Positions 10,294 through 21,446 of a DNA stretch of 64,000 nucleotides are shown here, one piece after another (position 1 is the first letter of the stretch; each line of letters begins with the position of its first letter). The notes under the pieces were generated by a model. The model had not been told where the DNA came from, did no database searches, and worked only from the letters and a program-made list of their open reading frames with translations. Made by a program: the position numbers and the translations under genes. This DNA is from an uncultured Alphaproteobacteria bacterium (GTDB lineage Bacteria > Pseudomonadota > Alphaproteobacteria > SP197): contig OY282363.1 in assembly GCA_958295695.1 (NCBI GenBank), forward strand, positions 1,037,246-1,101,245. Reading direction: 5' to 3'.

Positions 10294-11148
10294 GTGAGGG
10301 ACCGCCCCGTTCTCGGCGTCGCCTACGCCAACGCGGCGATGCTCGCCTATGTCGTCCACGACAGCAGCATCAAGGCGCTCGCGACCGAACTGCCGGTCCT
10401 GCAGTCGCAGTTCGTCCGCGCCGCCATCGTCTTCGCCGGCGCGGTCGCAATCCTCGTCCTGACGGGGCGGACGCGCTCGATACGCCCGAGGCGTCCGGGC
10501 CTCATCGCGTTTCGCGGTTTCGCGGGGCTCGTCAGCTTCGGCCTCTACTTCCTGTCGCTGACCCACCTGTCGCTCGTGGACGCCTACGCCCTGTTCCTCA
10601 CGGGGCCGATGATGATCGCGCTCCTGGGCGCCCTGATCCTCAAGGAAAAGCTCGGCGCCCTGGGCTGGGCGGCCCTCGTTCTCGGGTTCGCCGGCGTGGT
10701 CGTGCTGCTGCGGCCCGGGTTCGGGACCTTCTCGGTCTGGGGCCTCGCCGTGCTGGGCGCGTCGAGCATCTACGCCCTGTCCATGGTCGCGACCCGGGAG
10801 ATGACCCGGACCGACGACAGCCTCACCATCGTCGGCTGGGCGGCCCTGTTCACGGTCGTCGTCCTCCTGCCGTTCCAACCCTTCCTCTGGGTGGCGCCCG
10901 ATCCCGCCGGGCTCGCCCTCATGTTCGGGCTCGGCGTCACCGCGATGGCCGCCCAGGCCCTGACCACGCAGGCCTACGCCCATGCCCCCACCGGGATCGT
11001 CGCTCCGTTCGACTACGTGGCGCTGATCTACATCAGCCTCATAAGCTGGCTCGTCTTCGGCCAGCCGCCCGACTGGCTGACCGCGGCGGGCGCGCTGCTG
11101 CTCGTCGCGAGCGGCCTGATCGTCCTGCGCGAGGCGCGCAGGACCTGA
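10294..11148 (+). CDS. DMT/EamA family transporter
   Basis: About 10 hydrophobic segments, LKEK, LGFAGV..LLRPG, APFDY. Confidence 0.9.
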   Translation: MRDRPVLGVAYANAAMLAYVVHDSSIKALATELPVLQSQFVRAAIVFAGAVAILVLTGRTRSIRPRRPGLIAFRGFAGLVSFGLYFLSLTHLSLVDAYALFLTGPMMIALLGALILKEKLGALGWAALVLGFAGVVVLLRPGFGTFSVWGLAVLGASSIYALSMVATREMTRTDDSLTIVGWAALFTVVVLLPFQPFLWVAPDPAGLALMFGLGVTAMAAQALTTQAYAHAPTGIVAPFDYVALIYISLISWLVFGQPPDWLTAAGALLLVASGLIVLREARRT

Positions 11149-11181
11149 AGAGCGCCGCCGCGTCGCACGGGAACGCGTGGG

Positions 11182-11470
11182 TCACGCCGCCGCGAAACGC
11201 TCTACCCCGATCCGCCCGGCGCGGTCGCGGGCCTGCCGGATATCCCAGGCCGTCTGCATCTCCAGCCAGGTTTCGGACGTCGAGCCGAAGGCCCTTCGAC
11301 AGCCTTGTCGCCATCTCCACCGAAATCCTCGCGCGCCCGTTCACCGACTCGGAAAGCGCCTGGCGCGTGACGCCCGGTCCTTCGGCGGCCCGCGTCACGC
11401 CCAGGCCCGAGGGTTCGAGGCATTGCCGCTTCACGATGCCGCCCGGACGCGGCGGGTTATGCATCCCCAT
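11182..11470 (-). pseudogene. higA: HigA antitoxin (HTH), frameshifted
   Basis: MHNPPRPG...GVTRQALS..VNGR..IS.EMA.RLSK; an extra G near 11292 shifts the frame, which would otherwise continue AFGSTSETWLEMQTAWD to TGA at 11182. Confidence 0.85.
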
Positions 11471-11481
11471 GTCCGACCTTC

Positions 11482-11748
11482 TCGGCGATAGTCCACGCAG
11501 TCCGCATCGACCGCCACGTTGTCCTCGAACCGGAACGTCACGCGCCAGTCGCCCGATGCCGAAACCGCATAACGACCCTTCGGTTCATGCGGGCGGAACC
11601 CCGGCAGGTTCATGCCTTCCGGCCCTCGGCTGAGATCGAGCGCCGCCAGGATGTCCCGCGACCTTTCGACATACGCCGGCGCCACGCGCCGGATCGTCCG
11701 GCCCTCGTAGAACGCCTTCAGTCCGCGACGCCGGAACGATGCGATCGT
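11482..11748 (-). pseudogene. higB: HigB (RelE-fold 'killer protein') toxin, decayed
   Basis: I.SFR.RGLK..YE, NLPGFR.H..KG, SG.WRVTFRFE...D.D.VDY; start reads ACG and the expected stop reads CGA. Confidence 0.85.
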
Positions 11749-11821
11749 CGCGCGCAATCCATTTTGTCGCCTGTCAAATGACGATTCGCAACCCGACTCC
11801 CGCCGGCCTGCGATCCGCGCC

Positions 11822-13561
11822 TCATGGCGCCTCGGCCGCCGGCAGACGCACGACGAACCGCGCCCCCTCGGGCCTGTCGGGGTCGGCGCCCAGATTGCCG
11901 GCCCCGACGGCGCCGCCATGGGCCTCGACGATCTGCCTCGAGATGCTCAAGCCCAGGCCCGAATGCGTGCCGAACTTCTCGCCTTCGGGCCTGTCGCTGT
12001 AGAAGCGGGTGAAGATGGCCTCCTCCCTGCCGGCCGGAATGCCGGGGCCCCGATCCGACACCGTCACCTCGATCCAGCGTCCTTGACGCCGGCAGCCGAT
12101 CGTGACCGTTCCGCCGGCGGGGCTGAAGGACCGCGCGTTGTCCAGGAGGTTGCGCATCACCTGGACGAGGCGGTCCTCGACGCCGTCGACCGTGAACCGC
12201 CCCGCGGGCCGGCCGCGGTCGAGGTCGGGACCGAGCTCGAGATGGGGGCCGTCCTCGCCCCAGGTCGCCGCCAGCACCGTCGCCAGGGACTCGAGCAGCC
12301 CTCCGATGTCGACGGGCCCGGCCGTGGCGCGGTTCAGCTCGGCGTCGAGCCTGGAGGCGTCGGAGATATCGGTGATGAGCCGGTCGATGCGGCGAAGGTC
12401 CTCCGTCGCGATGCGCAACAGCGTGTCGCGCCGCTCGTCGTCCTCGATCTTCGGCAGGATCTCGGTCGCGCTCTTGAGCGACGACAGCGGGTTCTTGATC
12501 TCGTGGGCGACGTCGGCGGCGAACTGCTCGGTCGCGACCGTGCGCTGCTCCAGCGCGCGGGTCATGTCGATCAGGGCGCGGGACAGCTCGCCGATCTCGT
12601 CGCCGCGCCCGCCGAAGTCCGGGATCGAGCCGGCCTTGCCGAATCCGAAGCGCACATCGTCGGCCGCCTCCGCCAGCCGTTTCACCGGGCGGGCGATCGT
12701 GCCCGCAAGGTAGATCGACAGGAGCACGGTGGCCGCGAAGGCGATCAGCGCGAGGACCAGAATGTCGCTCCGCGCCTCCCGCAGTTCGGTTTCGACATCC
12801 TCGAGCGTCGACGACAGGAGCAGCGCCCCCTGGACCTGGCGGTAGTGGCTGACCGGCACCGCGACGGTGAGGATCAGGCCGTCCCGGCCGGCGTCGCGCA
12901 GGGCGTGGCCGGTCCCGCCGGCGAGCGCCGCGCCGAGCTCGGAATAGTCCGCCGCCGCCTGCTCGGCGCGCTCGACATAGGGTTCGTATTCGCCGAAGGC
13001 CGGCGCGATGCCCAGCACGATCCGGTCGACCCTTCGCAGCCAGCGGTCGAGCTCGGATTCGTCGCCGGGCGGCGGCAGCGCCTCGGCCTGGACGAGCCCG
13101 CCGACGCCCAGGAGCTCCCGGCTGTCGGCGATCATCTCGCCCGTCGCATGGAACAGGCGCGCGCGGACCCCGACGCCGATCACCAGTCTGCGGATCAGCG
13201 AGCGCGCCTGGGTTTCCATGATGTGGGTGAGGGGGGGCTGCGTGGCGTCGTCCCGGCCGACGGCGACGACGGTTTCGCCCAGCGCGCCCGCGATGACCTC
13301 GCCGTGGGTCGACAGCGAGTCGATCTTCGCGGCGATCAGCCCCTCGCGGTAGTTGTCGAGGTAGAGGACGCCGGCGACGAACAACGCCAACGGCGCCAGA
13401 TTGATGGCCAGCAGCTTCCGCGTGAGCGACGAGGCCGGCCGACGGTCGGCCGGATCCTTCCCGGTCCCGGCCGCGTCCGCCGCGCGGCCGTCGCCGTGCG
13501 AAGCCTCCTCGAAACCGGTCGGACGCGGTTCACGCCTCCTTGTACCGGTAGCCGACGCCAT
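11822..13561 (-). CDS. chvG: Sensor histidine kinase ChvG/ExoS
   Basis: [46 protein letters not shown]; follows chvI; start chosen at the ATG overlapping the chvI end. Confidence 0.92.
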   Translation of the reverse strand: MASATGTRRREPRPTGFEEASHGDGRAADAAGTGKDPADRRPASSLTRKLLAINLAPLALFVAGVLYLDNYREGLIAAKIDSLSTHGEVIAGALGETVVAVGRDDATQPPLTHIMETQARSLIRRLVIGVGVRARLFHATGEMIADSRELLGVGGLVQAEALPPPGDESELDRWLRRVDRIVLGIAPAFGEYEPYVERAEQAAADYSELGAALAGGTGHALRDAGRDGLILTVAVPVSHYRQVQGALLLSSTLEDVETELREARSDILVLALIAFAATVLLSIYLAGTIARPVKRLAEAADDVRFGFGKAGSIPDFGGRGDEIGELSRALIDMTRALEQRTVATEQFAADVAHEIKNPLSSLKSATEILPKIEDDERRDTLLRIATEDLRRIDRLITDISDASRLDAELNRATAGPVDIGGLLESLATVLAATWGEDGPHLELGPDLDRGRPAGRFTVDGVEDRLVQVMRNLLDNARSFSPAGGTVTIGCRRQGRWIEVTVSDRGPGIPAGREEAIFTRFYSDRPEGEKFGTHSGLGLSISRQIVEAHGGAVGAGNLGADPDRPEGARFVVRLPAAEAP

Positions 13562-14234
13562 AGAGGGTTTCGATCTGCGCGAAGTGTTCGTCGACCGACC
13601 GGAACTTCTTGCGGATGCGCTTGATGTGGCTGTCGATCGTCCGGTCGTCGACATAGATGTTGTCGTCATAGGCCGCGTCGAGGAGTTGGTCGCGGCTCTT
13701 CACATGGCCCGGACGCTGGGCGAGCGACCGCAGGATGAGGAACTCCGTGACCGTCAGGGTCACGTCGCCGTCCTTCCAGGCGCAGCGATGGCGCGCCGGA
13801 TCGAGCACGAGGTCGCCGCGCGCGATGGGCGGCTCGTCCTCGTCGTCCTCGTCCCGCATGCCCGACGCCAGCGCCATGCGCCGCAGCACGGCGCGGATCC
13901 GTTCGGTGAGCAGACGCAACGAGAACGGCTTGGTGATGTAGTCGTCGGCGCCCATGCGCAGCCCGAGCGCCTCGTCCGTCTCGTCGGTGAGCGACGTCAG
14001 GAAGATCACCGGCAGGTCGAGGTCGCGGCGCAGGCGGGCCAGGAGCTCCATGCCGTCCATCTTCGGCATCTTGATGTCGAGGACCGCCAGATCCGGCGGC
14101 GCGCCGGCGATCGCGCGCAGGGCCTCGACGCTGTCGGAATAGCAATCGACCTTGTAACCCTCGGCTTCGAGGGCCATCGAGACCGAGGTCAGGATATTCC
14201 GGTTGTCGTCGACGAGTGCGATGGTCTGGCTCAC
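13530..14234 (-). CDS. chvI: Response regulator ChvI
   Basis: [52 protein letters not shown]; start GTG 14234 or ATG 14279. Confidence 0.95.
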   Translation of the reverse strand: MSQTIALVDDNRNILTSVSMALEAEGYKVDCYSDSVEALRAIAGAPPDLAVLDIKMPKMDGMELLARLRRDLDLPVIFLTSLTDETDEALGLRMGADDYITKPFSLRLLTERIRAVLRRMALASGMRDEDDEDEPPIARGDLVLDPARHRCAWKDGDVTLTVTEFLILRSLAQRPGHVKSRDQLLDAAYDDNIYVDDRTIDSHIKRIRKKFRSVDEHFAQIETLYGVGYRYKEA

Positions 14235-14584
14235 GGGAACGAAGCTCGCGCGGATCGTCGGGGAACGGGTGGCAAGCATCAGTCTAGCACCCCCATGGAC
14301 GGAGTTGGAATCGGCGCCCCTTGCGCCTCGAGGTCGGTGTGGCCGCGGATCGGGGCGGGACCGTGGCCGAAGCGGGGCCACTTGCGGGCGCGCGCCAGCG
14401 GTCGCGGCGCGACCGTCCGGGTTGTCGGACGGATTTCCAACCGGGTGGGGCGATTCCCACATCGCGCGCCGATTCGGCTCTTGCCTTGCCTCGATCCATG
14501 GGCTTTGAATCGTCCGGTTCCGGGACGGTTCGGCGGGGATTCCGTTCCGCCGCCGAGACTGGACGGCCGGGGGGCGAAGCGGAC

Positions 14585-16195
<1,611 letters not shown>

Positions 16196-16333
16196 GACGG
16201 ACCCGTCGTCGAGTGGGTCGCGCCGGAGCGAGACCGCGGGCGAGGGTCCCGTTCGGACGGATGCGAGGCGCGGCGGTCCGGGCGAGGCGGAACGAGGCGG
16301 CCTCCCGCTGAACCGCGCGAAAGGAGGGGGAGG

Positions 16334-16456
16334 ATGGGAGCGGCTCACGTCACGGTGACCGTTCGCAACCCGGCCGAACCGGAGAGATGCCGGGAAGGGC
16401 TTTTCCTTGTCGACACGGGCGCGACCGCCTGCACGCCTGCCTCAAGTTCGAGATGA
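16334..16456 (+). pseudogene. N-terminal fragment of clan AA (retropepsin-like) aspartyl protease
   Basis: Not in ORF track: strong RBS then MGAAHVTVTVRNPAEPERCREGLFLVDTGAT; homology stops right after the DTGA motif. Confidence 0.7.
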
Positions 16457-16986
16457 GGCCGATGGACATCCGCAAGCCCTCGGTCGCCTCGGTGCGGGGC
16501 TACGCGGTGGGCGGCGGCTGCGAGCTCGCCATGTTCTGCGACCTCACGATCTGCGGACGGTCCGCGAAGTTCGGCGAGCCGGAAATCCGCTTCTCGGACG
16601 CCGGCCCGGCGATGGGCATGCCCTTCGTCGTGGGCCACAAACGCGCCCGCGAGCTGCTCTACATGGGCGACCTGATCGACGCCGAGACGGCGCTGGCCTG
16701 CGGCATGGTAAACCGGGTCGCGCCCGACGACGAACTCGAGGAGGCGACGCGGAAGCACGCGGAGCGTCTGGCGCTGGTCGACCCGGAGGCGCTGACCGGA
16801 ACCAAGCTCGCCCTTCGCCGCGGCCTCGAGGCCGCGGGCGTGCGCGTCGCGCCGCGCGCGGGCGTGGACGTGCTGGCCCCCATGTACGCGGCCAGGACCG
16901 AGAGCGGCGCGGTGTTCGAGGAAATCGTGAAGAAGGTGGGGCTCGGCGCGGCGCTCGAGTAGCGCCACGGCCAGTTCGGGGACTGA
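16420..16986 (+). pseudogene. Enoyl-CoA hydratase/isomerase, 5'-truncated with premature stop
   Basis: KP.VASVRGYAVGGGCELA..CDL, FGEPE; N-terminal third missing; TAG at 16960 interrupts ALE*RHGQFGD. Confidence 0.75.
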
Positions 16987-17004
16987 CCGCGGAGCCCGCG
17001 ACGC

Positions 17005-17036
17005 AGAGCGCCGGCCCCATCCGGGGCCGGCGCTCT
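17005..17036. terminator. Strong hairpin downstream of cspA
   Basis: Perfect 14-bp stem agagcgccggcccc/ggggccggcgctct with a 4-nt loop; U-tract weak. Confidence 0.6.
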
Positions 17037-17076
17037 TCCGTCGTCTCCGCGCGGGGGCTGACCGCCGCCCGCCGGG

Positions 17077-17283
17077 TCAGGCGAGCGACAGGTTGTCGGC
17101 GGCGCTGCGGCCGTCGCGCCCGGGAACGATCTCGAAGCTGACCTTCTGGCCTTCCTGAAGAGCCCCGAGCCCGGCGCGCTCGACGGCGCTGATGTGAACG
17201 AACACGTCCTTGCCGCCCTCGTCGGGGGCGATAAAGCCGTAACCTTTCGTGGCGTTGAACCACTTGATGATACCCGTCTGCAT
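17077..17283 (-). CDS. cspA: Cold-shock protein (CspA family)
   Basis: [18 protein letters not shown]. Confidence 0.95.
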   Translation of the reverse strand: MQTGIIKWFNATKGYGFIAPDEGGKDVFVHISAVERAGLGALQEGQKVSFEIVPGRDGRSAADNLSLA

Positions 17284-17506
17284 GGGAACACACGTCTCCT
17301 TGGTGCCGCGGCGGCGGGCCGCCGCGGGTCGTTGGCGAACATCGGAGCGATGGATAGGGACTGCCGGAGTTCACCGGCGTTCGCGCGTGAGCGCTCGCAA
17401 CCCGCTTGGGCGACAGACCGAACCGTCCATCCGACGGCGCGGACTGTGGAACGGACCGGCGGGAAAATCCAGCGAAATCGTGCGGACCGCCGAGGACGGA
17501 CGCGCG

Positions 17507-20239
17507 TCAGTGCGCCTCGTTCCAGGTGCGTCCGGCGCCGGTGTCTACGGTGAGCGGCACGGAGAGGCGGGCCGCGCCTTCCATCACGGCCTTCGCGCAG
17601 GCGGCCGTCGCCTCGGCCTCGTTCTCGGGGACCTCGAACAGCAGCTCGTCGTGGACCTGGAGCAGCATCCTGGCCCCGAGGCCGGCCTCGCGCAGCGCGC
17701 CGGGTACGCGGATCATGGCGCGCTTGATGATGTCGGCGGCCGAACCCTGGAGCGGGGCGTTGATCGCGGCGCGCTCGTAGAACCCGCGGGTCGAGGGGTT
17801 GCGGTCGTTGATGCCGGGCACATGGCACTTCCGTCCGAACAGCGTGGTGACACGGCCCGTCTCCCTGGCGCTCTTCCTCGTGCGGTCCATGTAGTCGCGG
17901 ATGCCGGGGTAACGCTCGAAATAGGCGTCGATGTAGTCGCGCGCCCGGTCGCGGCCGATGCCGAGCTGCCGCGCGAGGCCGAAGGCGCTGATGCCGTAGA
18001 CGATGCCGAAATTGATCGCCTTGGCGTTGCGCCGGGTCATCGGGTCCATCCGGTCGAGCGGGACCCCGAACACCTGGCTCGCGGTCATGGCGTGGATGTC
18101 GAGGCCGTCGTGGAAGGCCTGCTTCAGGGCGTCGATGCCGGCGACATGCGCCAGGAGCCTGAGCTCGATCTGGGAGTAGTCGGCCGAGAGCAGCAGGTTG
18201 CCGGGCTCGGCCACGAAGGCGTCGCGGATGCGCCGGCCTTCCTCCGTGCGGATCGGGATGTTCTGCAGGTTGGGGTCCGACGAGGCGAGACGGCCCGTGG
18301 ACGCCACGGCCATCGAGAACGAGGTGTGGACCCGGCCCGTCCGCGGGTTGATCTGCTCGACCAGCGCGTCGGTGTAGGTGCTCTTGAGCTTGGCGAGCTG
18401 GCGCCAGTCCAGCACCTTCCGCGGCAGCGCGTGGCCCTGGGCGGCGAGCCCCTCCAGCACGTCCGCCCCGGTCCCGTAGGCCCCCGACTTGCCTTTCCTG
18501 CCGCCCTCGATCCCCATCTCGTCGAACAGCACCTCGCCCAGCTGCTTGGGCGAGCCGATGGCGAAGGGACGGCCGGCGAGATCGTGGATCTCCTTCTCGA
18601 GCGCCTGGATGCGCCCGCCGAACTCGTCCGACATGCGCTCCAGCTCGGTCCGGTCGACCTTCACGCCCGCCTGCTCCATCTCCGCGACGACAGGGATCAG
18701 GGGGCGTTCGATCGTCTCGTAGATCCGCGTCGCGCGCTCGGGCGCCAGCCGCGGCTTCAGCGCGCGCCACAGCCGCAAGGCAACGTCGGCGTCCTCGGCG
18801 GCGTAGTCGCGGGCGCGGTCGAGCGGCACGAGATCGAAAGTGACCTGGTTCTTGCCGCTTCCGGCGACCTCCTTGTAGGGAATGGTCGCGCGGTTCAGGA
18901 ACAGCCGGGCCAGCGTGTCCAGCTTCTGGTCGTGCTTGCCGCCCTCCAGACAGTGGGACAGCAGCATGGTGTCGTCGACCGGCGCGACCGGCATGCCCGC
19001 GCGGGCGAGGACCACGCTGTCGTACTTGATGTTGTGGCCGACCTTGAGCACGGCCGGGTCGGCCAGCATCGGCGCCAGCAGCGCGCGGGCCTCGTCGAGC
19101 GGAATCTGCGCGGGCGTGTCCGAGAGCGCGTCCGGCGCGCGGTGGTCCAGCGGGACATAGCAGCCGTCGCCCGGCGCCGTGGACATCGAGACGCCGACCA
19201 GGCGGGCGCTCATCTCGTCGACGCTCGTCGTCTCGGTGTCGACGGCGACGACCCCGGCCCGCGCCGCCTCGGCGACCCGGCGTTCCAGCGAGGCCCGGTC
19301 CTGGACCAGCTCGTAGCCGCCCGCCCGACCGGGCGCCGCCGCCGTGGGCGCGTCCCCGGCGCCGCCCCTCCGGTCGAGCCAGGCCTCGACGCGGGCGGTC
19401 ACGGCGCGGAACTCCTGGGAGCGGAGGAACCCGAGAAGGGAGTCCGGCTCCGGATCGCGCCGCGCCAGCCGTTCCAGACCGCCCTCCAGGGGCACGTTCC
19501 GGTCGAGCGTGACGAGCCGCTTGGAGATGCGCGCGTCCTCGGCGTGCTCGATCAGCATCGCGCGCCGTTTGGGCTGCTTGATCTCGCCGGCGCGCTCCAG
19601 CAGCGTCTCGAGGTCGCCGTATTCGGCGATGAGCTGGGCGGCGGTCTTGACGCCGATGCCCGGCACGCCCGGCACGTTGTCGGTCGCGTCGCCCGCGAGC
19701 GCCTGGACCTCGATCACCTTGCCGGGGGCGACGCCGAACTTCTCGAGGACCTCGGCCTCGCGGATCTCCCGGTTCCTGAGACTGTCGAGCATGACGACGC
19801 CGTCGCCGACGAGCTGCATCAGGTCCTTGTCCGACGAGACGATCGTGACCTCGGCGCCCGCCTCGGTCGCCATCCTCGCGTAGGTCGCGATGATGTCGTC
19901 GGCCTCGTAGCCCTCGACCTCGACGACCGGCAGGTTGAAGGCCAGGGCGGCCTCGCGGATCAGCGGGAACTGCGGCACGAGCTCCTCGGGCGGATCGGGC
20001 CGGTGGGCCTTGTAGGCCGCGTAGATCCCGTTGCGGAAGGTCTTCGAGCCGTGGTCGAGCACGCAGGCGACGCGGTCGGCGTCCATGCCGTCGATGAGCT
20101 TCAGGATCATGTTGCAGAAGCCCATGACCGCGTTGACCGGCGTGCCGTCCGACCGCGTCATCGGCGGGAGCGCGTGGAAGGCCCGGAAGATGAACCCGGA
20201 ACCGTCGATCAGCGTGACATGTCTGGGGGCGTCGGCCAT
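17507..20239 (-). CDS. polA: DNA polymerase I
   Basis: LIDGS...FRAFHA 5'-exonuclease, VDTETT, DYSQIELR, AKAINFGIVYG, LLQVHDEL. Confidence 0.98.
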   Translation of the reverse strand: MADAPRHVTLIDGSGFIFRAFHALPPMTRSDGTPVNAVMGFCNMILKLIDGMDADRVACVLDHGSKTFRNGIYAAYKAHRPDPPEELVPQFPLIREAALAFNLPVVEVEGYEADDIIATYARMATEAGAEVTIVSSDKDLMQLVGDGVVMLDSLRNREIREAEVLEKFGVAPGKVIEVQALAGDATDNVPGVPGIGVKTAAQLIAEYGDLETLLERAGEIKQPKRRAMLIEHAEDARISKRLVTLDRNVPLEGGLERLARRDPEPDSLLGFLRSQEFRAVTARVEAWLDRRGGAGDAPTAAAPGRAGGYELVQDRASLERRVAEAARAGVVAVDTETTSVDEMSARLVGVSMSTAPGDGCYVPLDHRAPDALSDTPAQIPLDEARALLAPMLADPAVLKVGHNIKYDSVVLARAGMPVAPVDDTMLLSHCLEGGKHDQKLDTLARLFLNRATIPYKEVAGSGKNQVTFDLVPLDRARDYAAEDADVALRLWRALKPRLAPERATRIYETIERPLIPVVAEMEQAGVKVDRTELERMSDEFGGRIQALEKEIHDLAGRPFAIGSPKQLGEVLFDEMGIEGGRKGKSGAYGTGADVLEGLAAQGHALPRKVLDWRQLAKLKSTYTDALVEQINPRTGRVHTSFSMAVASTGRLASSDPNLQNIPIRTEEGRRIRDAFVAEPGNLLLSADYSQIELRLLAHVAGIDALKQAFHDGLDIHAMTASQVFGVPLDRMDPMTRRNAKAINFGIVYGISAFGLARQLGIGRDRARDYIDAYFERYPGIRDYMDRTRKSARETGRVTTLFGRKCHVPGINDRNPSTRGFYERAAINAPLQGSAADIIKRAMIRVPGALREAGLGARMLLQVHDELLFEVPENEAEATAACAKAVMEGAARLSVPLTVDTGAGRTWNEAH

Positions 20240-20284
20240 GGCGCCAGCCTAGAGCGTTTCCGCGCAGCGCGGAAACGCTCCGGC

Positions 20285-20394
20285 CCCCTTCGATACGCGG
20301 CCTCGCCGCTACCCGGGGCAAGGGGTGTTCGTGGGTGGAGGCAGGGCGCGAATCCCCTCGTCCCGAGGTGGCGCGCCAGCGCCGTGTCGAGGGA
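20285..20394. repeat. Two oppositely oriented REP-like elements
   Basis: 20285-20325 CCCCTTCGATACGCGG..CCGCTACCCGGGGCAAGGGG; 20354-20394 resembles its reverse complement. Confidence 0.5.
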
Positions 20395-20409
20395 CGGCCT
20401 CGATAGGCG

Positions 20410-20607
20410 TCAGCCGGCGGTCTCGTCTCCGTCCGCGCCGCCCTTGAAGCCGGTCCAGACGAAGCGCCGGTCGCAATAGCCGCAGTCGACGGCGCCATGG
20501 GCGTGGAGATCGTAGTAGACGCGCGGGTGCCCCAGCGCGCCGCCGTCGCCGTCGCAGCAGACCTTGGGGCTGTCGGTTTCGATGACCTCGGGAGGATCGA
20601 TGGGCAT
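20410..20607 (-). CDS. zf-CHCC zinc-finger protein
   Basis: CDG.GGALGHPRVY...C.YC. Confidence 0.88.
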   Translation of the reverse strand: MPIDPPEVIETDSPKVCCDGDGGALGHPRVYYDLHAHGAVDCGYCDRRFVWTGFKGGADGDETAG

Positions 20608-20793
20608 GGCGTCTGGCCTCCGGGCGGGATGATACGGCTCGCGCTCGCGCGTGCAATGGCCATGACGCCCGGCCGCCTTCCGGCCGCCGGGGCGACGGTC
20701 CATAATCCGCGGGCCGAACGACGAAGGACCCGCCGTCATGCTCCCGACCCGCCGCTCCGCGGAGGCCGGCCGCCGCCGCGGCGAAACCGCGCC

Positions 20794-21306
20794 GTGACCG
20801 GGCGTTACCGCTGCCAGATCTCGTCCCCGATCGGCGAGGTCTGGATGGTCGTCGCCGGGGACGTGCTGGAGCTGCTCGATTTCGCGGACGACAACGGCAG
20901 GCTCGAGGGCATGATGGCGCGCCGCTGGCCCGGCGGCCTGCCGTTCGAGAGCGAGGACGCCAGCGGGATCGCCGCCGCGCTCGACGCCTACTTCCGGGGC
21001 GACTTCCAGGCGATCGGGGATGTCCCCGCGAAACCCGCGGGAACGCCCTTCCAGACGGCGGTCTGGTCGGCGCTGCGCTCCATTCCCCTGGGCGAGACCG
21101 TCTCCTACGGCGAGCTCGCCCGGCGGGTCGGCCGGCCCCGCGCCGTGCGCGCCGTGGGCGCGGCGAACGGACGCAATCCCGTTTCGGTCGTGCTGCCCTG
21201 CCATCGCGTGATCGGCGCCGACGGCTCCCTGACGGGTTACGGAGGCGGCCTCGCCCGCAAGGCCTGGCTCCTGGAGCACGAGGGCGCGTCCCTCCCGGGC
21301 CGTTGA
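20794..21306 (+). CDS. ogt: Methylated-DNA-protein-cysteine methyltransferase
   Basis: SPIG, GTPFQ..VW, RAVG.ANG.NP, PCHRV. Confidence 0.93.
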   Translation: MTGRYRCQISSPIGEVWMVVAGDVLELLDFADDNGRLEGMMARRWPGGLPFESEDASGIAAALDAYFRGDFQAIGDVPAKPAGTPFQTAVWSALRSIPLGETVSYGELARRVGRPRAVRAVGAANGRNPVSVVLPCHRVIGADGSLTGYGGGLARKAWLLEHEGASLPGR

Positions 21307-21369
21307 ACGGGCCGGCGGCCCCGCCGCCTTGTTCCGCCCCGCGAAAGGCCCTAGGGTCCGCGTCTTCGG

Positions 21370-21446
21370 GGTCCCGTAGCTCAGCCGGATAGAGCGCTGC
21401 CCTCCGAAGGCAGAGGTCACAGGTTCGAATCCTGTCGGGACCGCCA
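21370..21446 (+). tRNA. tRNA-Arg(CCG)
   Basis: GGTCCCG/CGGGACC acceptor stem, CTGCC-CT CCG AA-GGCAG anticodon arm, TTCGAAT, encoded CCA. Confidence 0.97.

Noticed and set aside
13336..13561. Possible frameshift at the chvG 5' end (RBS-like GAGGAGG followed by ACG; out-of-frame GTG at 13533)
   Set aside because: An in-frame ATG at 13561 overlapping the chvI end gives an intact ChvG
16960..16962. In-frame TAG as stop-codon recoding
   Set aside because: Single case in an already truncated gene; TAG ends other genes normally
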